Position numbers and translations under genes: made by a program. A DNA stretch of 64,000 nucleotides, from positions 352,001-416,000 of the forward strand of contig CBDBCZ010000016.1 in assembly GCA_965203295.1 (NCBI GenBank), given 5' to 3'. Shown here in pieces: positions 56,601 to 64,000 of the stretch (positions are counted from its first letter, which is position 1; each line of letters starts with the position of its first letter). This stretch comes from Nitrospirales bacterium (lineage in GTDB: Bacteria; Nitrospirota; Nitrospiria; Nitrospirales; UBA8639). The notes under the pieces are model-generated. The model searched no databases. It had not been told where the DNA came from and saw nothing but the letters and a program-made list of their open reading frames with translations.

Positions 56601-59600
56601 CGATGTTGAGTAGGTACGGTAGCTCTGCTGATACCCCAAAGGTGACATCAGGCTCAATAAAATCAGCACGGCTGAATTTCTCAGACATCCAGGGGCTCAT
56701 GAAGACGACATACGTCAAATCCGAGGTGAGGTAGTGGCGTAGAAGGTAGGGCCTACCACAGTGCTGATATTCATCCATATGCTCAGCTAAAGAAGGTAAA
56801 AGGGGACACATATGTAAACTAGCTGAGTCATATATTCACATACAGTACACGTACATACCTTCGTGACTTCCAGCAGCTAGTCTCATCTGTTTATCGTGCT
56901 TTGTGGCTTGCTTCTCGAACTCAAGGATGCAGGCTATGCTTGGACCATTCTGACCACTTTGTCTCAAGGCAGAGTTCCGAACGTGCTTGACCTTGCTTTT
57001 GCTAGCCGCTGCCAAGGAAACTGCACTCGGAATGTACCCGATTCCTCTCCCTGTAAAATAGGGACAATCTTAAGTATAGTAGTCTCGTACCCAGGCCTTC
57101 CGAAAATAAACGGGGAATTATTCACTACACTCACCTTCCACAAGGTCACTAGTCTTAAGGTGAGGGTTCTCAGTGACAGCATTCTGTATGTCAGTCAGTA
57201 TCTTGCGGGGGATCTTGCTACCAGGAGGTGTAGGGTGACTGTGGATGTTTGCACCCTTCATGATTTCCTTGCTCGTCCTGACAAACCCTGTTTGCCATCT
57301 TCTGTTATCTGTATCATCAGTAGGTTTGACGTACAGAAACTCCACTGGGCATTCACCAGAACAAACTAAGGGGAGCTTGGGATGATCTGGACAGGGTCGG
57401 TTTTCCCTCGTAGAAGTGACATACCCACACCCTTGAGCATGACTGCCACACAGCTTTACGCCTCGGCATGGAGCAATACGATATGTGACATCCAGCGAAG
57501 ACTCATCACCAAAAGAAATGGTAATTTGCTGTGGATTCCGGGGTTTCCCCTTACCGAACTGAATGTCGTAGTAGAGAAAATCGGTCTCATTTGGAGTGAA
57601 CATTCCAAGCTGGCTAATGTCAGCACAGTAGCCAAGTCGCTTTGGGTACTCCTCTGTGAAGATACCTAGATAATAAGGAACACATTTTCTCAGACCTATT
57701 TTAATTACATGGAACGAGAACAGCATGCAACTGTGCATACATATACACATATAGACCATTCTATCTCACCAGGATACTGGTAATCCTCACTGCCCTTGAT
57801 TTCAAACCAGAAATTGGGGTTGGAGAGGAGGTCTCGAATCATGGGCAGAGCTTGACACCCTTTGCTGTTTCTCTTCTTTGGTGCTGATGCTGAAGATTCG
57901 ATAACAGGCACACTCTTGGAGAATGCCTTCAGCGGTGGAAGTAGCACTGGCGATGGGTCTTGGAGGAATGCATCTGCACGGGAACTTGGAGTGAAGACAT
58001 TCATCGCTGTAGCCTTTTTAAGGCTTTCCCCTGCTCCATGAATCATTTCTCTCTCCAGTAGCCCAACCATCCAGGAGGCTCGGAGAAGCTTGCGCCATCC
58101 TTCCAAGCTCAAGTTGAAGTGAGTTCCGATTCCATGAGTTGAGGAGTTAGGAGTTGTCTCGAGAATCTTCTGGACAGCGTCACTTCTTGATCCACGGATC
58201 CACTCTGAGAGCTAAGGAAAGCAATGTTCAGAAGTGATGTTTTATGAACTGCTATATAACGACTAAAAGAGGCCATGGGCAATGTGTGAATCCTATAGCC
58301 AACATAGAAGTGTATTATGGAGAGTGGTACCTTCCGCTCTCCGTAATTTGGGATCTCCTGAACCACCCGGACGATAGCGGACACTTCCTTTTGGTAGTCA
58401 GCCACCTCACAGACATTGCTGCAAACATTACAGCATCCATTTTCAGCAGTGACAGTGCTAGGGTTTTCCCCTAGGTACTCCAGAAACACACTTCTGCGAC
58501 ACATCTTCCCTTCATGGGCTAGTGCAAACCTAGGTATGCACGTGCACAGAGACAACTCTATAAACACAGGATTTTGTATTCTGACATGCACGTGCACTGA
58601 GACAACTCCATAAACACTTAATTTTGTACAACGTATGTATAGCATTCTGACATAGGAATGAGCAAGTCGAGTAATAGCTAGTCACCTCCACGATTCCTGG
58701 AAAGGTCGAAGAACCTGCTGTCTCCCTGAGCTCTTTATCCAGAAATCTGCATGCTGAAGTTCAGCTTCACTGTACAACAGGATACCTATTACATACCAAA
58801 ACACAAAATCCAGTCATAAAATGTCAAATGCTTACAACTAACAGCAGACTTTCATACTACACCTAATTAGAGCACACTTCATAACTGTTGCTCCTAGAAC
58901 CCAGACAATCTGTAGCTATTGCTACAAGTTGCTGATTTGTACCCTTTGCAGCTCTCCCATCTCTGCCAGCTCGGCCAAACTGCTATATCAGCTCTTCCAG
59001 TGTGGGAGGGACTCCAATGCGGACAACAACTTCAATGTCTGGTTGATTCACTCCCAGCCCAAAGGCTTTCGTCGCTACCATGACTTGGATTAGCCCTTCT
59101 CTCCAACTCTTGATCTTTGTCGTGCCCAGAAAGACCCCTTCCACAGAAACTGGTAGGTGGCAGCAATACCCTTCGCGCACAGGTCCTCGGTCTGGTCGTG
59201 AATCAGGCTCAAGGTAGGGGATACAATCACAGCTGTCCCTCCAGTGACAAACGGTGGAAACTGGTAGCACAGGCTCTTGCCCGTGGGTTGGACCACAATT
59301 GTGTTAGCTCCCTGCAGCACTGCCTTCACAACATCCTCTTGCCAGCTCCTGAAGCTTACGTGGCCAAAGTTCTTTGCTAGAATTTCCGTTAGCTGTGCTG
59401 AATCATACTGCTTTCCTGGATTTCAAAGTGCATGAAAGAATACACTGATACATTAGATATATATATATATGCAAAGAGTATTAAAGTATGAACTAGTTGT
59501 ATTCTACTACATCTTATGACTTACTGGAACTGCATGTCCTCCCTCCATCTCTCCATGCATGCATATACAAATAATTTAATTCTCACCTCCTACTGAAGTT

Positions 59601-60139
59601 GGTCTGTAGGTCAAAGCTTGTGACAACCTGACAACTTGATGATCAGGCAAGCGAGAGTGTCTTCTGGCATTACATTCTTTACAGTAGAATCGACTGCACT
59701 GCTCGCAAAACAAACTAGCTGTCCCCAGGCACACAGCACACAGCACAAGATCCTTCATCTTGGTCCTCTCCTTCCATTTTGCAAGATGAAATAAAGTAAT
59801 AACACTTCAACTATAGGTGCTAAGAAGGTGTACCAAGAGCAGATAAAGGAATGGCTTTGTACTTCGGAGGCTCCAGCCTCAACGTGACAGTGTGTTTAGC
59901 CTTCAGCCCCGCCCACTGACAGCAGGTTCAAAGGTTAATAAATAGTCACGTGCATTTTATGGCGCGGTTTCCCAGGTAACTATGATGGAATGCATTACCC
60001 CTCAGTCTTCTTACCTGCTCGCTGACAAAGACGTCTGATATTCTTGTCCGCCATTATACAGCTGAGTGGCGCAAAGACAACTGCGTACAACTACCGTGCC
60101 TAGTGGAGAAGAAAGGCAAACACCTTTGCGAAGTCTGAA

Positions 60140-61350
60140 ATGGCCGAAGACAGCGGCGAAGATCGCATATGCTTGGACGCTCTCTCGGAGGAAGATCTTA
60201 GCCAGATCGCTACGAATGAAAGGTATAAACAGCTCCTGGCCCATCCATTACCCTTCCAGGGGATGGAAAAGAGGGGAAGAGTGTTGACAGCACCCCCCAG
60301 AGCAAGTCTGCTGCTGACCCCAGCAGAATTCAAGTAGTTGGGGCTGACCACCCCTCCTGCTCACGAACTGGAGGTACTAGCTCTCTTGACCGAGACAACG
60401 TGCCTCACAGTGAGAATCATGGCCACAATGAGCCATCGAAGGATGACCCCCCTCCGGCTAAGAGGCCAAGGAAAGAAAACCAGGGAGAATACCTGTTTGA
60501 CCCAGTAGAGGTCGGGAGGAAAGATGATGATTTCCATTTTAACCCCCCAGAAGTGGTGAAAAAATACATTGAAAAGTATTTCAGAAGGGTCCTCTCCAAG
60601 CAGGAGAGAGCAGCAATGCTCAAGGCGGACCCAAAGCCGAAGACTCCAGCAGGAGCACCCCCAACGCTGGATGAGCACTTGCAGACCTTCTGGCGCCAGC
60701 GATTAGACCTGAAACAAGATAACGAACTGAAGGATATACAGAACACAGTTTTTTATACTGCCTGTCCTCTGGCAGGTCTATGGTCACAAATTGTGGAGCA
60801 AGATTTAGACAAGGACCCAGAAGCCTTGATTCAAGTTCCAGTTGTCCTAGAAGCACTCCAAAAAGCTTTAGTGCTACTAGGAAATGCAAACGGCTTTATC
60901 AGTGAAAAGAGACGTACCCATATCCTTGAAGCCGTCAACCCCAAGTTGGCCAAGTACGGTAAAGGAGACTTCTCTGAAGCGGGAGAGGTTCTCTTTGGCA
61001 AGAGTTTTGTAGAAAAGTTGATGTCAGAAGTTGAGGCTGACACGGCACTGTACAAGGCTTCCTCTATAGTCAGCAAGGCTGCTATCCAAGACAAGTCCAA
61101 AACAAACCAAGGACAGCAATCTGGGAAGTTTTTTCCAAAGGGCCGGGCTGCTGGGTATGGGAGCGGTTCTGGCCGAGCAGTTTTCAAACCATACCCCAAA
61201 GAATGGAATGCCCCACGCAGAGGAAGGTACCAGCCATATCACCACTCTCCCAGTGTGTTCACTCGACTGGGGCCAAAATATCCAGTGCAACCAAACTCCC
61301 AGTACAAAGGGAAAGGGAAGTTCAACTCCCGAGACGACAAGACTCAGTAG
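60140..61350 (+). CDS. DIRS gag-like ORF1 (apparent frameshift near 60250)
   Basis: ALVLLGNANGFISEKRRTHILEAVNPKL...LFGKSF is typical of DIRS ORF1; the ATG at 60140 is out of frame with the 60400-61350 ORF. Confidence 0.75.
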
Positions 61351-63431
61351 TACAAACATTTTCAAGCCAGAACCAAGGAAAAGACAACGACCAAGAAACT
61401 TGTCACGCTACAGCGGGAAATTTAAAAAACTATCTCCCGCAATGGGAGGCAATCTCCCAAGATCCTTGGATTTTACAAACAGTTCGAGGGTACAGGATCG
61501 AGTTCCAGGCCCAACCACCACTAGGAACTCGAAAACACGCATTCACAATGAATGCAATACAAGCGGAAGCGATGAGCCAAGAGGTCTTAAAAATGGAAGA
61601 AAAAGGGGCTATCCAAGAGGTGCAGGGTCTGATAGGATTTGTAAGCAACGTATTTTTAGTCCCCAAAAAAGACGGAGGGTGGAGACCCATTATAAATCTG
61701 AAGTCACTCAACAATTTTGTGGCATCAGAGCACTTCAAGATGGAAGACATCAGGGTTATAAAGGACATTCTACAACCCAAAGATTACCTGGCCAAACTCG
61801 ACCTGAAAGACGCGTATTTCGCGGTACCAATAGCCGTAGAGGATCGGAAGTTCCTTCAGTTCGAGTGGGCAGGCAAGATCTTCGAGTTCACTTGCCTGCC
61901 ATTTGGCCTGGCCAGTGCACCTCGTACTTTCACCAAGTTGCTCCGACCAGTTATGTCTCAGATCAGGGAGCAAGGAATCCGATGTCTACTGTATCTGGAC
62001 GACATGCTGGTTCTGGGGAGTACACCAGAAGAACTAACTCAAAACTTCCGGTTCTGCCAAGGGATACTGTCATCGTTGGGATTCACAATCAACTGGAAAA
62101 AGTCGATTGCCGGTCCGACGCAGAAGATAGAGTTCTTGGGCTTCATAATCGAATCGATAGAGATGACTCTTGCAGTTCCATCAGAGAAACTGAAGGGTTT
62201 GCAAGCAGAATGCAGAAAACTAAAGTCAGGTCACATGACAACGGTTCGCACCCTAGCACACGTGAATGGCCTAATGACGTCAGTCTCACTGGCAATCCTA
62301 CCAGCTCCCCTACACTACAGAGGACTACAGTTCCTCAGAAACGAGGCACTGGACCGCCGCCTCTCATACGAGTCTTCAATTGCGCTAAGCAAAGAAGCCA
62401 TAGAGGATCTGGAGTGGTGGTGCAGCAATCTGAAGCAGTGGAATGGACATATGATTCAGCAACCGAGCCCTCAGGTATTTCTAGAGACAGATGCCTCAGA
62501 CTTCGGTTGGGGAGTAGCCTGTCCAACTCTGGGACAGAAATCGGGGGGCCACTGGAGCCAGGAAGAGTCCAAACTCCACATAAATTGCAAGGAGCTGTTG
62601 GCAGCCTGGCTGGGACTTCAAGCCTTTGTTTCCAACATCAAGAAAGCCCACATCCACATAAAGATGGACAACACTTGTGCTGTGGCATACCTCAATCGCA
62701 AAGGAGGAGTCCATTCAAAACCACTATGTAAAGTGGCACTGAGCCTCTGGCAGTGGTGCCTGGACCGTCAACTGACAGTATCAGCCGAGCACCTGCCAGG
62801 GATAGAGACTATTCAGGCAGATACAGAGTCACGACGCAAGCTAGACTCTTCAGAATGGGAGCTCGATCAGGAAGTCTTTCTCAAACTAATGAGACTGAGG
62901 GGGAGTCACGAAGTCGACCTGTTTGCCTCTCGCCTGTCCACAAAACTGCCTCGATATTACAGCTGGAGACCCGATCCAGGTGCCGAAGCAGTGAATGCAC
63001 TAACCCAGAATTGGACGATCATTCGGGGGTATGCTTTCCCACCGTTCTGTTTGATAGGGAGATGCCTAACCAAGATTCAGACAGAGGGGGTTCCCCATGT
63101 CCTTCTGATTACTCCTCTGTGGAAGTCACAACCTTGGTTCCCAATACTTACAAGTATGGTAGCCGATATCCCAGTACTCCTCCCAATGTCCCAGAACATT
63201 CTGAAGAACCCCAGAGGAGAGTTACATCCTCTGGCTGTTCAAGGCCATCTCCAATTAGCCGCGTGGAGTGTCTCCGGAATTCCCTCCAAAGTAGAGGCCT
63301 TTCAGAAGAAGCTATCTCGATCTTCTGCGCCTCTTGGAGAACCAATACGGAATCAGCCTACTCCAGTGCCTGGAAGATATGGTGGCGTTGGTGTACCCAA
63401 CATGGCCTCAATCCCCTTTCAGCATCTATAG
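61203..63431 (+). CDS. DIRS pol: reverse transcriptase, RNase H and Dam-like methyltransferase domain
   Basis: FLVPKKDGGWRPIINLK, KLDLKDAYF, LPFGLASAPRTF, YLDD, TDASDFGWG, HINCKEL, MDNT, VDLFAS, YAFPPF. Confidence 0.95.
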   Translation: MECPTQRKVPAISPLSQCVHSTGAKISSATKLPVQREREVQLPRRQDSVVQTFSSQNQGKDNDQETCHATAGNLKNYLPQWEAISQDPWILQTVRGYRIEFQAQPPLGTRKHAFTMNAIQAEAMSQEVLKMEEKGAIQEVQGLIGFVSNVFLVPKKDGGWRPIINLKSLNNFVASEHFKMEDIRVIKDILQPKDYLAKLDLKDAYFAVPIAVEDRKFLQFEWAGKIFEFTCLPFGLASAPRTFTKLLRPVMSQIREQGIRCLLYLDDMLVLGSTPEELTQNFRFCQGILSSLGFTINWKKSIAGPTQKIEFLGFIIESIEMTLAVPSEKLKGLQAECRKLKSGHMTTVRTLAHVNGLMTSVSLAILPAPLHYRGLQFLRNEALDRRLSYESSIALSKEAIEDLEWWCSNLKQWNGHMIQQPSPQVFLETDASDFGWGVACPTLGQKSGGHWSQEESKLHINCKELLAAWLGLQAFVSNIKKAHIHIKMDNTCAVAYLNRKGGVHSKPLCKVALSLWQWCLDRQLTVSAEHLPGIETIQADTESRRKLDSSEWELDQEVFLKLMRLRGSHEVDLFASRLSTKLPRYYSWRPDPGAEAVNALTQNWTIIRGYAFPPFCLIGRCLTKIQTEGVPHVLLITPLWKSQPWFPILTSMVADIPVLLPMSQNILKNPRGELHPLAVQGHLQLAAWSVSGIPSKVEAFQKKLSRSSAPLGEPIRNQPTPVPGRYGGVGVPNMASIPFQHL

Positions 63432-64000
63432 CGAGTTTCTCAAAGATGAATTCCTTTTGGGGAAGGAATATCGTACCTTGAATGGATACAGATCAGCTAT
63501 CTCAGGAACGCACTTACCAATCGAGGGCTATCAAGTGGGAAAACATCCACTAATAGCTCGTCTCTTCAAGGGTATTTTTCACCTCCGACCTTCACAACCT
63601 AGATACACTGGAAGGTGGAAAGTCGAAACAGTTCTGAACTATATCACCTCTCTAGGCCTTACGTCAACATTGTCATTGCGATGTTTAACTCACAAATTAG
63701 CAATGTTGATGGCATTGGCCAATGCCAATAGGGCTTTGATCTCCATGCCCTGGATACCAGGTATGTCACATTCGATCCAAGGGAGCACTTTTTCGCTTGG
63801 CTGATTTAACCAAGACTACACGACCTGGGAAACAAAGGGTGACTTCCTTTTATTCCTATTTTGATGACAACCCCACTCTGTGCCCGGTGAGGACACTGAA
63901 GCATTATCTGCAAGTCACAACTCCATTCAGGGAGAAATCAGAGTCTAACAGGAATGGACTCTTTCTGTCGGTGGTGAAGCCACACCTGCCTGTGACCTCG
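62753..64000 (+). pseudogene. DIRS tyrosine recombinase, frameshifted and truncated by the window edge
   Basis: RGLSEEAISIFCASWRTNTESAY / YRTLNGYRSAIS..H...GKHPLIARLFKGIFHLRP / KLAMLMAL / LCPVRTLKHYL...LFLSVVKPH; frame changes near 63430 and 63735-63790. Confidence 0.85.

Larger units (their letters stand above)
60005..64000 (+). mobile_element. DIRS1-type tyrosine-recombinase retrotransposon (3' part outside the window)
   Basis: gag-like, RT/RNase H/methyltransferase and YR ORFs in the overlapping DIRS1 arrangement; left boundary approximate. Confidence 0.92.

Noticed and set aside
55137..59416. Host RecQ gene (BLM/WRN/RECQL)
   Set aside because: Fused to a MULE transposase, duplicated, partly TIR-bounded, and carrying deletions and a stop; better explained as transposon cargo.

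Overview
Eukaryotic, intron-rich, repeat-rich animal DNA; the gene families and repeat style suggest a demosponge (inference). Host genes in order: the 3' end of NAA15/16 (152-6479); an intronless DED-domain gene (7483-9078); a decayed multi-exon minus-strand gene (~16.4-22.3 kb); a complete 13-exon Death-NACHT-LRR (NLR) gene whose first exon ends in a StopGo/2A motif, GDVELNPG|P (23860-34903); a Crinkler-like Ubl-REase-kinase gene with one frameshift (36391-38397, minus); an intronless gene encoding a Cif-like domain, glycine zipper and J-like domain (39701-41236); a 5'-truncated GLMP; and two DRAM/TMEM150-family genes, the first disrupted. The last 14 kb holds two nested, decayed, intron-containing Mutator-like transposons encoding B-box, RecQ helicase, MULE DDE transposase, Ulp1 protease and PHD domains, followed by a DIRS1-type retrotransposon that runs off the window. 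The best candidates for novelty are the RecQ-MULE fusion transposons and the 2A-leader NLR within a cluster of immune/effector-like genes. All assignments come from manual motif recognition; no database searches were run.
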